Counted from the stretch's first letter, positions 1 through 9,500 are shown. The stretch is 35,585 bases of DNA from Candidatus Woesearchaeota archaeon (GCA_016205905.1 JACQSP010000090.1:1-35585), one strand, 5' to 3'. A program made the numbers and translations. The notes: generated from the letters alone by a model not told the origin.

Positions 1-132
1 GTAAATTTCCTGTCACGCTTTAAAGATCATTCAGCCTTATTATTCGCAAAAGAAGTTCAACCCCATTTATAATATTTGTGGGTGTATTTTATATCTTTTC
101 TTAATTTTATAACGATGTGGTAACAAAAGTAA

Positions 133-374
133 TGATTTGTTTTATCATTTAATATTTTTTCTCTCACTCTCAACTAGTTTGTGGGACGCAGTCCACCGTT
201 ACATGAAAATGTTTGAAAGCTTGAAAGCTCGAAAGTGCGCCATATGAGTCGTACTTTCAAGCGGTCAAGCTTTCTAACCATCTTACCTTTTTTAGTGAAC
301 GTGTCCAATCAGGTAGGAAACAAAAAAATAAATCAGGGTGAACGTTTGGCTTCGCCATAAAACTAAACAAATAC
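133..374. mobile_element. MITE-like element family A, degenerate copy with octamer-periodic palindrome cargo
   Basis: Right TIR CTAAACAAATAC 363-374; degenerate left TIR ~133-144; GGACGCAGTCC 184-194; GGCTTCGCC 348-356; flanks AAAAGTAA/AAAAACAA (6/8 match). Confidence 0.7.
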
Positions 375-383
375 AAAAACAAT

Positions 384-1130
384 TTACAGCACTTTAATCT
401 TTCCAGCTTTTATCTCAAAAACTTCACCTTCTTTTATGAGATTTGTAATAATTTTTTCACAGTCCAAAACATTAGACTTCATAATAATCTCTTCAATGTC
501 AGCGCCGTTTCCAGTATCTAGCTCCTTAATTACATTTAACACCTTCTCAATCTTATTCTCTGTTTTGTTTTCAGTTATGTCTCCTATAATTTCTTCTTCT
601 TGGTAATGTTTTGTTGCATTACTTTCTGTCTTTTCAATTCTTTTTTCACTTTCCTTATTCTCAGCACTTTTTTTTGGTTCTGAACTTTCTTTATATGCTT
701 TCTCCCCGTTTGGTTTTGGAATTATGTTTTGCTTTTTCAGCTCAACTTTTCTCAATTCAATCCATTTCCTGTCTTTCAAAGGCTTGATAATTTCAGGCAC
801 AAGGTAAATTTGGTTATTAAACTCTCTGGGCTTGCCTATAACTCGTATACTTTCGCCGATATTAAACCTTGCAAAATTATATTTGTTTCCAAAATCCCTC
901 ACCTGTATGCTTCCTGTTCCGTCGTCAATAGTAAGGTTGTTAAATCTTTCTTCTGATTGTGTATCGATGACAATAGCGATAATATTAACCCTTGACACTT
1001 TTTTTTCGCCGACAATAACATAGTCAGGCGAAAATTCCTCATTGACTTTTACATAGCTCCCGCTGTTTATATCTTCTATTTTAACAATATATGCAGGCCA
1101 TCTTTCATAAGGCTGTTTTAGTTCTTCCAT
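384..1130 (-). CDS. OB-fold ssDNA-binding protein with C-terminal winged helix (RPA32/RPA2-like)
   Basis: VSRVNIIAIV...IDDGTGSIQVRDF...GESIRVIGKPREF OB-fold; charged linker; C-terminal LIKEGEVFEIKAGKIKVL wHTH; next to MCM. Confidence 0.85.
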   Translation of the reverse strand: MEELKQPYERWPAYIVKIEDINSGSYVKVNEEFSPDYVIVGEKKVSRVNIIAIVIDTQSEERFNNLTIDDGTGSIQVRDFGNKYNFARFNIGESIRVIGKPREFNNQIYLVPEIIKPLKDRKWIELRKVELKKQNIIPKPNGEKAYKESSEPKKSAENKESEKRIEKTESNATKHYQEEEIIGDITENKTENKIEKVLNVIKELDTGNGADIEEIIMKSNVLDCEKIITNLIKEGEVFEIKAGKIKVL

Positions 1131-1184
1131 TGTAAAAAAGTTAAATGGTTTGAAAGTTAGGGGGTTTGATGGTAATAATAAACT

Positions 1185-1272
1185 GTAAGAAGTAAAAGGT
1201 AGGGGTAAGAAGGAACAACTGCGATGTTATCATCGTACCTCTTACCTCAAACCTCTTACTTTTTACCTTTTT
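1185..1272 (+). repeat. Family B palindromic repeat, copy 1
   Basis: GTAAGAR-type heptamer arms around core GGAACAACTGCGATGTTATCATCGTACC; homologous to 5754, 18680 and 26487. Confidence 0.9.
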
Positions 1273-4200
1273 TCATATCTTCTGTATCTCTCCTCTTTTT
1301 GGCTCGAATAAGTCACCATTCCTCTTCATTTTTTCAATCAGTTCCATAGTCTTATCTTCTTCAATGCCTTTTTCCTTTGCAGCATCAATTACTGTTTGCA
1401 GAGGTATATTTTTTCCAAGTGTTTCTTCAAGCTCATTAATCAGTTCTCTGACAATTACTATTCTGCTTCTTTCGGTTGTTGAAACACCAGTTGAAATTCT
1501 GTCAATATCTATCTTCCCTGTTTCAGGGTCCATACCTACCTGCTGCAGACAATATTCTAACATGGCTTTTGCTTTTTTTGCGTCTTTTCTGGTTACTTTG
1601 TCACCTAATCTTAGCTTTGCATATGCTTCTGACAGCCTGACAAGGCCTTCAAGCTGTCTTGCAGTTATGGGAATAGTTTTAATTCCTTTACCTTCAGTTG
1701 CCCCAGACGAGCGCATTTGAACATAATAATCTCTTAATTCTTCTATTGCAGCATCAGTTAGTTGCGGGCTCATTCTTTGTTTGGCGTAAACCAAATATTT
1801 TCTTAAAAGCTCAGTAGGTATATCAGGCTCTTCAGTATTTCTCATCTTATGCAGTTCAAGAATAAACTTTGCCATTTGTGTATCTTTTTCCTCGTCAGGA
1901 AGATCCTTTATTGGAAATATTAAATCAAACCTGCTGATTAATGTTGGGGGTAAATCTATTTGTCCGGCAATTGTGCCGTAAGGGTCAAACCGCCCTAATT
2001 TAGGGTTTGCTGCTGCTAATACAGTAGTTTCGCATCTTAATGTCGCCTGGATATTAGCTTTGGAAATGCTGACACTTTGTTGTTCCAATCCTTCGTGCAT
2101 AGCATCCCTGTCTTCGGGCGACATCTTATCCAGCTCGTCCACCATTAGAATACCCTTATTTGCGAGAACCATTGCGCCTGCTTCTAAGCTCCATCCTGAT
2201 AAGAATTCATCTTTGACGACGGCAGCGGTCAATCCCGCGCCGGAATTGTGGCAAATAATTCCGCCAAAACCCGCAACAAAATTTTCATTTTCGGGAACTG
2301 AAATATCGTATACATACTTATGCTTATTTTCAACTTCTTCTATTTTTTTTATTCTGACAAATCCAACATCAGAATTCATGAAGCCAACAAAATCAATTAA
2401 TTCGCTAATCAATTTATCTCCTTCTTCTGTTATTGTAACTTGTATTTGCCTACCCTCTTTTTGTTTATTGAACAGAGTGCTGTGCTCACCAATATATTCT
2501 AAAATTGATTCACCAAACCTTTTTCTTAATTCATTTCCATTCACAACTCCTTCCTGAGCAATAGAACAAAATCTATTAAGCAGCATGGTGTTGCTTAATG
2601 TGTTCGTGGTAATTCTGGTGGATTTGTTCGTCTTTACATTCTTGAAAAAATAGTTTGATAATACCTCTCCAAATTTTTTATATGGCGGCCGTTCATATCT
2701 ATTATCAAATTGTTTTCCTTCTTTCGGGCTTTTTAACTCATAAACATAACCATAATTATGGACATTTCTGCCGTTGATAACTGTTATTTTATCGCAGAAT
2801 TTTTTAGTAAGCGAAGCAATTTTTTTATTATAAAGGAAAATATATAATAAGTCTGACGCCAGTTCTTTTGATTTAGTAACTCCTGCGTCACCTTTGATAT
2901 ATGCTTCAATAAACTCTTGCTGCATTTCTGTGTTAGAATTGAATATTATTTGCGGTATTCTTTTTTCTTTTGCATGCTTATGTGCAACATCACCTAATAA
3001 TTTAACAAAAGTAGTATATGATTCTTTTCCATGAATAACCAGTCTTAAACCATTTTCTCCATGTTTGTTAATGCTAATTTCTTTGTTAAATTTATTCTTT
3101 ACAATATTCTGTAAATCTTTTACAATAGCAGTGTCTTTCTTCCCTAACGTGAATTCAACTTTATAATATTCTTTCTCTTTTGCATGGAGATGCCCTTCTG
3201 CAATAAAATATCCTAATAATCGTGCATACTCTTTATCAATCATGCTTATATTTTTTTGAGCTTTCAAATCATTTGCTCCACTATCAATATTAATATCTAT
3301 TTTTGGTTCTTTTTCATCTTCAATAATAATCTTTTTAGGGATTAATACATAATCATTAGTTCCTAACTCTTGTGAGGTTTTGACCATAATTTTACCATTT
3401 TCAATCGTGTAAATGCTGTGGTCTTTTGTTACAGTTACTTCTCTTCCACTTTCAAGATAAAATTTGAGCAGCTTATCATCAGTAGTATGCCTAAAGACAC
3501 AACTTATCGGTTTCCATTCTAATTTCTTGGTGTCATTATTTAAAGAAAGCGCGAGAATATTCTTTTTTAACGGAACAAAAACATTTTCTTTATTTTCGCT
3601 ATGAGCATCAACAAATTCACCAATCTTTATAATTTGAAGATTATTATTATCTTTGATTAATAAAGATTCATTATATTCTAAACTCACGCCCTTCCCTGAC
3701 ACGTACCTTGCCTTAGGTGCGACGACAGAAGCGCGCTTTAAAATTTGGGATTTCCCGCAACCCGGATCCCCTATCAATAAAATATGTATATCTCCTCTCG
3801 TTTTCACTCCATCTTCTCTATGTTTTGTTACACCACCGACAAACTGCATGCATAATGCTTCCTTAACCCTATCATGCCCAAAAATTCCAGGAGCTAAAGA
3901 ACTTGTTAATTTTTCATAAATTAATGGGTCGCTTGCAAGAACTTTTATTCTTTCTTCATCTTCTGCTGAAATTTCTATATTAGAATAATCCTCCTCGACA
4001 CCTTCTACGCAGTTGGCCTCTATAAGCAAATCAAACTTTGTGCTTTGCCCGCCGGTTTTTAAAATTATGGGTACTTCTTTGATTATGCCAACAACCCTTA
4101 TATTATTACCAGGGTTTGTTCTTTTTTCTGACATTGGGCTTACTAAATCATTTTTTAGGAAGATATTAATTCTTTTTGGCTGCTCACCGCCTTCCATGTC

Positions 4201-4743
4201 TTTGGTAGATTCTTCTAAAACAATACCTTGTGCGTCAACAAGCTCTTTGCTTATCATCTTAAACTTGCCTTTTCTGCCGCAGTTGCATCTGCTTGGCTCC
4301 TTAAACTTTTTCTCGAGCTGAAGAACGGGAATAATATTGCCGCAACTGGGGCATTCAAACCTTGCAGAAGTTACCTGCGGCCTTACATCAGACTTTTGCC
4401 TTACAACACCTTCTGTCCAGATAAATTTGCCCAAATGATTGCTTCTGATATTTCTTATAAGAATATATTGTTCTTTTGGCAGATTTTTTACCCTGACTGT
4501 TATTTGTTTTATATCGTTTGCATTCTCGCCCAAATCAAAATTTTTTATGGCAAGCTCAAATGCTTTAATAGTTTCTTCTGGCTTGTCAAGCAATTCTTCA
4601 GAAACATCTAAATTAAACTTGCACAACTCCTGAAAATCTATAATGAGAACATGTTTGCCCTGCCTTACATTTTCAAATAGCTCTGTTTGGCAGTTTTTCT
4701 CTACAAAATCCTGAAATTTAGTGATTACTTCGTTTACTTCCAT
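1273..4743 (-). CDS. mcm: MCM replicative helicase, intein-containing (about 676 aa after splicing)
   Basis: Zn finger CPSC...CNC, Walker A GDPGCGKSQ, Walker B VDELDKM, AAANP, arginine finger SRFDL, sensor II TARQLE, C-terminal wHTH. Confidence 0.98.
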   Translation of the reverse strand: MEVNEVITKFQDFVEKNCQTELFENVRQGKHVLIIDFQELCKFNLDVSEELLDKPEETIKAFELAIKNFDLGENANDIKQITVRVKNLPKEQYILIRNIRSNHLGKFIWTEGVVRQKSDVRPQVTSARFECPSCGNIIPVLQLEKKFKEPSRCNCGRKGKFKMISKELVDAQGIVLEESTKDMEGGEQPKRINIFLKNDLVSPMSEKRTNPGNNIRVVGIIKEVPIILKTGGQSTKFDLLIEANCVEGVEEDYSNIEISAEDEERIKVLASDPLIYEKLTSSLAPGIFGHDRVKEALCMQFVGGVTKHREDGVKTRGDIHILLIGDPGCGKSQILKRASVVAPKARYVSGKGVSLEYNESLLIKDNNNLQIIKIGEFVDAHSENKENVFVPLKKNILALSLNNDTKKLEWKPISCVFRHTTDDKLLKFYLESGREVTVTKDHSIYTIENGKIMVKTSQELGTNDYVLIPKKIIIEDEKEPKIDINIDSGANDLKAQKNISMIDKEYARLLGYFIAEGHLHAKEKEYYKVEFTLGKKDTAIVKDLQNIVKNKFNKEISINKHGENGLRLVIHGKESYTTFVKLLGDVAHKHAKEKRIPQIIFNSNTEMQQEFIEAYIKGDAGVTKSKELASDLLYIFLYNKKIASLTKKFCDKITVINGRNVHNYGYVYELKSPKEGKQFDNRYERPPYKKFGEVLSNYFFKNVKTNKSTRITTNTLSNTMLLNRFCSIAQEGVVNGNELRKRFGESILEYIGEHSTLFNKQKEGRQIQVTITEEGDKLISELIDFVGFMNSDVGFVRIKKIEEVENKHKYVYDISVPENENFVAGFGGIICHNSGAGLTAAVVKDEFLSGWSLEAGAMVLANKGILMVDELDKMSPEDRDAMHEGLEQQSVSISKANIQATLRCETTVLAAANPKLGRFDPYGTIAGQIDLPPTLISRFDLIFPIKDLPDEEKDTQMAKFILELHKMRNTEEPDIPTELLRKYLVYAKQRMSPQLTDAAIEELRDYYVQMRSSGATEGKGIKTIPITARQLEGLVRLSEAYAKLRLGDKVTRKDAKKAKAMLEYCLQQVGMDPETGKIDIDRISTGVSTTERSRIVIVRELINELEETLGKNIPLQTVIDAAKEKGIEEDKTMELIEKMKRNGDLFEPKRGEIQKI
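2245..3684 (-). mobile_element. Intein (480 aa, aa 354-833) with LAGLIDADG homing endonuclease domain
   Basis: Junctions SGKGV|SLEYNE ... IICHN|SGAGLT; block B VTKDHS; block F VYDISV; LAGLIDADG-like LLGYFIAEG and FIEAYIKGDAG. Confidence 0.95.
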
Positions 4744-4812
4744 GTTTCAGGAGCTATTTGTTTGCCTGCTCCAACACCCCCTATGTTTTGCAAATGAAAC
4801 TTAAAATAATTA

Positions 4813-5017
4813 GTATTTGTTTAGCTGATTTCTTTTTTATATCTTTTTTATCGCTCTCAACACGTTTGTGGGCGCAGCCACCCGTCTCATGAATTATTAG
4901 TTATTCGTTCTTCGTCATTCGTAACTAAGAACGAAAAACGAATAACAGTTCTATCATGAACGAATACCTGTTTTATCCTAATGAATCGGTGGCTTCGCCT
5001 TATCACTAAACAAATAA
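4813..5017. mobile_element. MITE-like element family A (205 bp) with TTCGT heptamer palindrome cargo
   Basis: TIRs GTATTTGTTTAG / CTAAACAAATAA; perfect 8-bp flanking duplication AATAATTA (4805-4812, 5018-5025); GGCGCAGCC 4871-4879; GGCTTCGCC 4991-4999. Confidence 0.9.
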
Positions 5018-5062
5018 AATAATTATAATAACATATCAAAGACAATAATAATAACTCTAAAA

Positions 5063-5653
5063 TTATTTTTTCTTTGTTTTCTTTAAATTCTCAATTAACT
5101 TGTCAACTGCTTCATCAACTTCCTTGTCGCTCTTTGTTCCTGTGCATACTATTTTTCCGTTGCTGAACAACAAAAAGGTTGCTTTTGCCTGAGGCAGTTT
5201 GTAAACTAGCCCTGGAAATTGTTCTGGCTCGTATTCAGTATTTTCCAATTTCATTGCTAGAACATTCAAGTTTAGGTCCATGCCTACACTTCCGGAAGCA
5301 ACAATATTTTGGATATTAATCTTTGGCTTGATTTTGATTTTTATGTTAATCTTTTCCAAACTTTTGATAATCTTTTTAATGGATTCTTCTACTTTTTCCA
5401 TGCTTCTTGCGCCTGTGCAGACAACTTTGCCAGAGCTGAAGATCAAAGCAGAAGTTTTTGGCTCCCTTATTCTTATGACTAATCCAGGGAATTGTTCAGG
5501 ATTGTATTCTGTATTGCTTAATGTAGCAGCCATCTTTTCCAATGGTATATCATGCTCCAAAGATGTGCTGACAACAATGTTTACAACATGAATATCTCGT
5601 TTTTCTGGCTCTTGTTTAGGTAATTCTTTTTTTGCCAAATTAATCGCCCCCAT
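5063..5653 (-). CDS. tbp: TATA-box binding protein
   Basis: Two TBP repeats: YNPEQFPGLV...LIFSSGKVVCTG and YEPEQFPGLV...LLFSNGKIVCTG. Confidence 0.99.
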   Translation of the reverse strand: MGAINLAKKELPKQEPEKRDIHVVNIVVSTSLEHDIPLEKMAATLSNTEYNPEQFPGLVIRIREPKTSALIFSSGKVVCTGARSMEKVEESIKKIIKSLEKINIKIKIKPKINIQNIVASGSVGMDLNLNVLAMKLENTEYEPEQFPGLVYKLPQAKATFLLFSNGKIVCTGTKSDKEVDEAVDKLIENLKKTKKK

Positions 5654-5702
5654 TAATATTTATTTTATCTATTGGTAGTGAGCAAGCAGTTATCTTGCTT
5701 TT

Positions 5703-5722
5703 ACCTTTATAAACCTTTATAA
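5703..5722 (-). promoter_or_regulatory. Putative TATA box(es) upstream of tbp (tandem ACCTTTATAA x2)
   Basis: Minus strand reads TTTATAAAGGTTTATAAAGG, 50-70 bp upstream of the start codon. Confidence 0.45.
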
Positions 5723-5753
5723 ATAACTATCTCATATTTAAATACTGTGTTTT

Positions 5754-5850
5754 TTAAAGGTAGGAAAGTAAGAGGTTTGAGGTAAGAGGGAACAACTACG
5801 AGATTATCATCGTACCTCTTACCTCTAACCTCTTACATCTAACTCTTTAA
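5754..5850 (+). repeat. Family B palindromic repeat, copy 2
   Basis: GTAAGAGGTTTGAGGTAAGAGG-GAACAACTACGAGATTATCATCGTA-CCTCTTACCTCTAACCTCTTAC. Confidence 0.9.
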
Positions 5851-5893
5851 TAAACATTATTAATATCCACTATATAACACCCCTTGATTTCCG

Positions 5894-6991
5894 ATGGAAC
5901 TTACCTCAACTAATATGGATTTGTGTATAATAAGGTACGCAGAAATAGCATTGAAAGGCAAAAACAGGCAATTATTCGAGAAAAAGCTAGTTTACAATCT
6001 AAAAAACTGTTTAAAGTTAAATAAATTGCCTTTTGCTGAAATAAAGCGTTTTGAAGGCAGAATTTTTGTTTTTATAGATAAAAATAACGATTTAGATTTA
6101 AATAACCCTAAAAACCATGATTTAAACACAAATACCCAAAAAAAAGAGGGGTTAGAATCAAATCCTTACTCCTTACTAGCTAACGTGTTTGGCGTTTCTT
6201 CTATTAGTTTCCCTGTTGAAAGTACACTTACACTTGAACCTATCCAAACAGCGATAGACAACCTTATCAAGGAGAGAATTAAAGATAAAGTTAATGGCAA
6301 GAACTTTAACACATTTAGGATTACTACAAAGAAACTTGACCAAACTATTTCTAAATCGTCGCATGAATTCGATGTTGAGCTAGGCAGTTATGTTGAAACT
6401 ATATATAAAAAAAAGGTTTCTTTGAAAGAGTTTGATCTTAATATACAGGTTGAGCTAATTCATGGCAAAGCCTATGTATTTTTAGACAAAGTTAAAGGTG
6501 TTGGTGGTTTGCCATATGGTATTGAAGGCAGAACATTGGCTCTGGTAAAGAACAAGCAAGACCTTTTTGCTGCTTTATTAATGATGAAACGAGGGTGTGC
6601 AGTTGTTTGTTTAACTCTTCCTAGCCTCGAATCAACCTTGAGAACCACATTTCTTAATTACGGCGTTAAACCAAAAATTATAAATGTTAATGCCTTTGAC
6701 AATGAAAAGATAGATGAAATAAAATTTAAAGAAAATATAGAAGATATCACTAAACATCATAAAATAAAAGAATTTGATAAAATAACAATAACCGAAACTA
6801 CTAAATTTCATAAAACAGAAGAATTTGATAAAAGAACAATAGAAGAAATTGCTAAATTTCATCAAATTGAATCAATTGTCACTGGGCAAACATTAAATAA
6901 TTTCAAACCATTAACCAATCTGGTTGAGTTCAGGCCATTGATAGGGATGGATGAAGGAGAGATTAGGTGTAAGATTAAAGAAATGATATAA
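5894..6991 (+). CDS. THUMP-domain protein, ThiI-like with degenerate PP-loop domain
   Basis: IIRYAEIALKGKNRQLFEKKL, VFGVSSIS, GVGGLPYG, LMMKRGC, IVTG, FRPLIG; lacks SGGxDS. Confidence 0.85.
   Translation: MELTSTNMDLCIIRYAEIALKGKNRQLFEKKLVYNLKNCLKLNKLPFAEIKRFEGRIFVFIDKNNDLDLNNPKNHDLNTNTQKKEGLESNPYSLLANVFGVSSISFPVESTLTLEPIQTAIDNLIKERIKDKVNGKNFNTFRITTKKLDQTISKSSHEFDVELGSYVETIYKKKVSLKEFDLNIQVELIHGKAYVFLDKVKGVGGLPYGIEGRTLALVKNKQDLFAALLMMKRGCAVVCLTLPSLESTLRTTFLNYGVKPKIINVNAFDNEKIDEIKFKENIEDITKHHKIKEFDKITITETTKFHKTEEFDKRTIEEIAKFHQIESIVTGQTLNNFKPLTNLVEFRPLIGMDEGEIRCKIKEMI
6737..6871 (+). repeat. In-frame 51-nt (17-aa) tandem repeat, about 2.6 copies
   Basis: IEDITKHHKIKEFDKIT / ITETTKFHKTEEFDKRT / IEEIAKFHQIE. 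Confidence 0.85.
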
Positions 6992-7375
6992 AGTGAATAA
7001 ATTGTTTTATTAATATACCAATTCTTAATTGTTTATTCATAAATCTGAAGTATAATCTGTTATAATTTATTTATTGAATTATGAATTATTATTAATGAAT
7101 CAGTATAGTTAATGTTTATTTATTGCTCACTACTCGTTTGTTGGTTGTGGTAGGCTGTTGGTCGTGGACATCATCCCACAATTATTAACGTCGTCCGTTA
7201 TACGACAAACGACATACGACAAACTCGTTTCTGACCACTGAAACCTGACATTAATATGTCCACTGGTTTAAAAGCTCTAAACTCCTCAGCAGTTAGCTCA
7301 ATAGGGCTTTTAATAGATGTCCACTGGACAAGTCGGCGTAAGGTTTATATAGATAGCTGGTTTTACAGTCAACTT

Positions 7376-7690
7376 ATGAAAACTGACAATATTCATAATG
7401 CGTTGGTTGTATTTGAAGGTAAACAGATTAGGCGAGTCTGGGTTGATAACCAATGGTTCTTCTCTGTAATTGATATAATCAGAGTATTAACAGAAAGTGT
7501 TGATGCTAAAGATTATTGGTATAGGCTAAAGCAGAGAGAACAAGAAACAAGTGATGTTCAACTATCGACAATTTGTCGACAGTTGAAACTCCTTGCAGAA
7601 GATGGCAAACTTAGAGAAACTGATTGTGCCAATACAAAAAATATGTTTAGAATAATTCAATCAGTTCCTTCCCCAAAAGCAGAACCGTTT
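7376..7690 (+). pseudogene. BRO-N domain protein, truncated after SPKAEPF
   Basis: FEGKQIRRVW...WFFSVIDII...YWYRLK...QLKLLAEDGKLRETDCA...RIIQSVPSPKAEPF; likely start ATG 7376 downstream of TTTATATA 7344-7351. Confidence 0.8.
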
Positions 7691-7697
7691 ACTATTC

Positions 7698-7885
7698 AAA
7701 AATTCCGAGACACTGTCGCAGAAATTGTCTTGAAGCCACTACTGCCTTTTGCTGAGGAGAGACAATGACTTTGCACGCCAGTTTTATCTTGTTGAAACTG
7801 AAAAAGAATTTTGGAGTGTAATGGAACTCGACAGGCAAATAAGTTCAATGCTGTATGAAAGGCTTGCCTTAAGCAGTGAAAAAAA
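7698..7885 (+). pseudogene. YhcG/DUF1016 N-terminal fragment with nonsense codon
   Basis: Frame reads ETLSQKLS*SHYCLLL...ARQFY...WSVMELDRQISSMLYERLALS; TGA at 7731-7733 replaces the W of LSWSHY. Confidence 0.8.
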
Positions 7886-7969
7886 CAAATTAAACAATCA
7901 TAGTGAACGAATGGCTTCGCCAAGGAACGAAAAACAAACAAAAAGAACAGATAATAATAATTCACGACC

Positions 7970-8533
7970 ATGCAAGACATAGTATTCCCCAAACACAACG
8001 AGAAAGAGTTCATTGAAATAGCTGAGAAACTAAGCTATGATGAGCTGTGCTTCTTATACCCTATCGAAGAATTCTTACCCAAACCTAAACAATCTTTTGA
8101 AACAAACATAAAAGTTAGTTATGGCATTTTCTGCTCTTCTTCACAAATACAAAAAGCGAAACAATTGGCTAAATTTGTCGTCGTTAAAGCTGATGAGAAC
8201 CAAAGAAGAATTATTGAATCCTCACCATCAATAATAATTGATTTAGAATCCATTTCTGCCAGAGATTCATTTCATTACAGAAACTCTGGCCTGAACCAAG
8301 TTTTGTGCGGGTTAGCAGCAAAGAATAATGTCAGCATAGGGTTTAATTTTAATTCTGTTCTTAATGCTTCACAGCATGACAGAAACATTATTTTGGGGAG
8401 AATGAAACAGAATATCAACCTCTGCCAAAAATATAAAGTTAGAATGGGGTTTGGGAGTTTTGCGAGGACACCTTACGAGATGAGGAATTATAACGATATA
8501 ATTGGGTTGTTTAGGACGATTGGGCTGCGATGA
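7970..8533 (+). CDS. rpp30: Ribonuclease P protein subunit p30
   Basis: PHP-like fold motifs: RDSFHYRNSGLNQVLC..AAKNNVSIGFNF, LCQKYKV..GSFARTPYEMR. Confidence 0.88.
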   Translation: MQDIVFPKHNEKEFIEIAEKLSYDELCFLYPIEEFLPKPKQSFETNIKVSYGIFCSSSQIQKAKQLAKFVVVKADENQRRIIESSPSIIIDLESISARDSFHYRNSGLNQVLCGLAAKNNVSIGFNFNSVLNASQHDRNIILGRMKQNINLCQKYKVRMGFGSFARTPYEMRNYNDIIGLFRTIGLR

Positions 8534-8537
8534 TAAT
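8408..8537 (+). repeat. Direct repeat copy 1 (3' end of rpp30)
   Basis: 130 bp, 18 mismatches counted by eye versus 10384-10513. Confidence 0.95.
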
Positions 8538-8558
8538 ATACTAAAAGTGCAAAATAAT
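8536..8558 (+). repeat. Family D motif ATATACTAAAAGTGCAAAATAAT
   Basis: 22/23 identical to 25826-25848. Confidence 0.8.
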
Positions 8559-8730
8559 ATATCGTTATACTAACACATTTCACACATTACACCCATTATA
8601 GCTTCTTCGTTATCAATAGTTTCAAATATGCATTTTGGACGCATTTCAAGCCGCAACACCCACATTATACTAACACATTTATGCTAAGTTTTTCAAATTA
8701 TAACTCTTTATCTCTAACTAAACCGCAACA

Positions 8731-8788
8731 TTTATATAGTTGAACATATTTATACTAGTATGAACATATATAAATCAAGGTGAACATA
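8731..8788 (+). promoter_or_regulatory. Promoter/operator: TATA box followed by three TGAACATA repeats at 20-bp period, SD GGTGA
   Basis: TTTATATA 8731-8738; TGAACATA at 8741, 8761, 8781; GGTGA 8779-8783; ATG 8789. Confidence 0.7.
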
Positions 8789-9412
8789 ATGCTTATTACA
8801 AATGGAATGCAAAATATTATTCGTGTTTTGCTTAATTATAAAAACAAGGGTTTTACAACAAGGGAATTAGCTAAAGAAGCGAATGTATCTGTGGGGTTGA
8901 CTGTAAAACTTCTTAGTTCTTTAGCTGCAACAGGCTACATTGTTAAAAAACCAAAGATTAAACTAACCTCATTTAAACTGCTTAATGCGTGGGCTTATAC
9001 AACAAGCATAAAAGAAATAAGCCAGTTATCTTTTAGCGCTGCTGAACGACCAGAATATTTATTTAAAAAAATATCGCTTATTGCAGCGCAAAATAATCTC
9101 AACTATGCATTTACATTATACAGCGCAACAGAATTCGTTAGCCCTTTTGTAGTTCCTAACACCCTAGATTTTTATATTTTAAACAGTGATAAAGAGAAAT
9201 GGGAAACCAGTTTAGTCAAACACAATATTTTTCCAGCAGAAAAAGGGAATATAACTGTTTATCTTGTGGATAAAGATTATTTTTATAATCTTCTTGAGAT
9301 AAATGGCAACAAAATCATATCTTTGCCTCAGTTATATGTTGATTTGTTTTCATTAGGTGGCAGGGGTGAGGAAGCAGCGCAACAGCTTCTTAAGGCAATG
9401 GACAAAGTTTAG
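8789..9412 (+). CDS. AbiEi-like (type IV TA) antitoxin/transcriptional regulator, N-terminal wHTH
   Basis: TTRELAKEANVSVG HTH; YAFTLYSA; C-terminal SLPQLYVDL..GGRGEEAA typical of AbiEi_2/DUF2186; start at the ATG after SD. Confidence 0.8.
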   Translation: MLITNGMQNIIRVLLNYKNKGFTTRELAKEANVSVGLTVKLLSSLAATGYIVKKPKIKLTSFKLLNAWAYTTSIKEISQLSFSAAERPEYLFKKISLIAAQNNLNYAFTLYSATEFVSPFVVPNTLDFYILNSDKEKWETSLVKHNIFPAEKGNITVYLVDKDYFYNLLEINGNKIISLPQLYVDLFSLGGRGEEAAQQLLKAMDKV

Positions 9413-9500
9413 ACTTTTCATTTCCTGAATAAAACTATGACCCGCCTACAAAAGAAATGCAAAAGTTCAAAAAGTATGGTGTTCATAAAATAGAAAGAAT

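Larger units (their letters stand above)
7121..7939. mobile_element. Extended, degenerate family A element enclosing pseudogene cargo
   Basis: Left subterminal TATTGCTCACTACTCGTTTG resembles 27810; ACGAC heptamers 7201-7223; right end AGTGAACGAATGGCTTCGCCAAGGAACGAAAAAC 7902-7935; no target duplication seen. Confidence 0.55.

Noticed and set aside
4744..5893. Replication origin near mcm
   Set aside because: No cdc6/orc1 gene or ORB-like boxes; the structure is explained by dispersed repeat families
7288..7330. tRNA-like TAGCTCAA motif
   Set aside because: No T-arm GTTCRA or acceptor stem
7731..7733. TGA recoded as Trp
   Set aside because: TGA terminates mcm, rpp30 and other genes at expected positions; the fragment is a pseudogene
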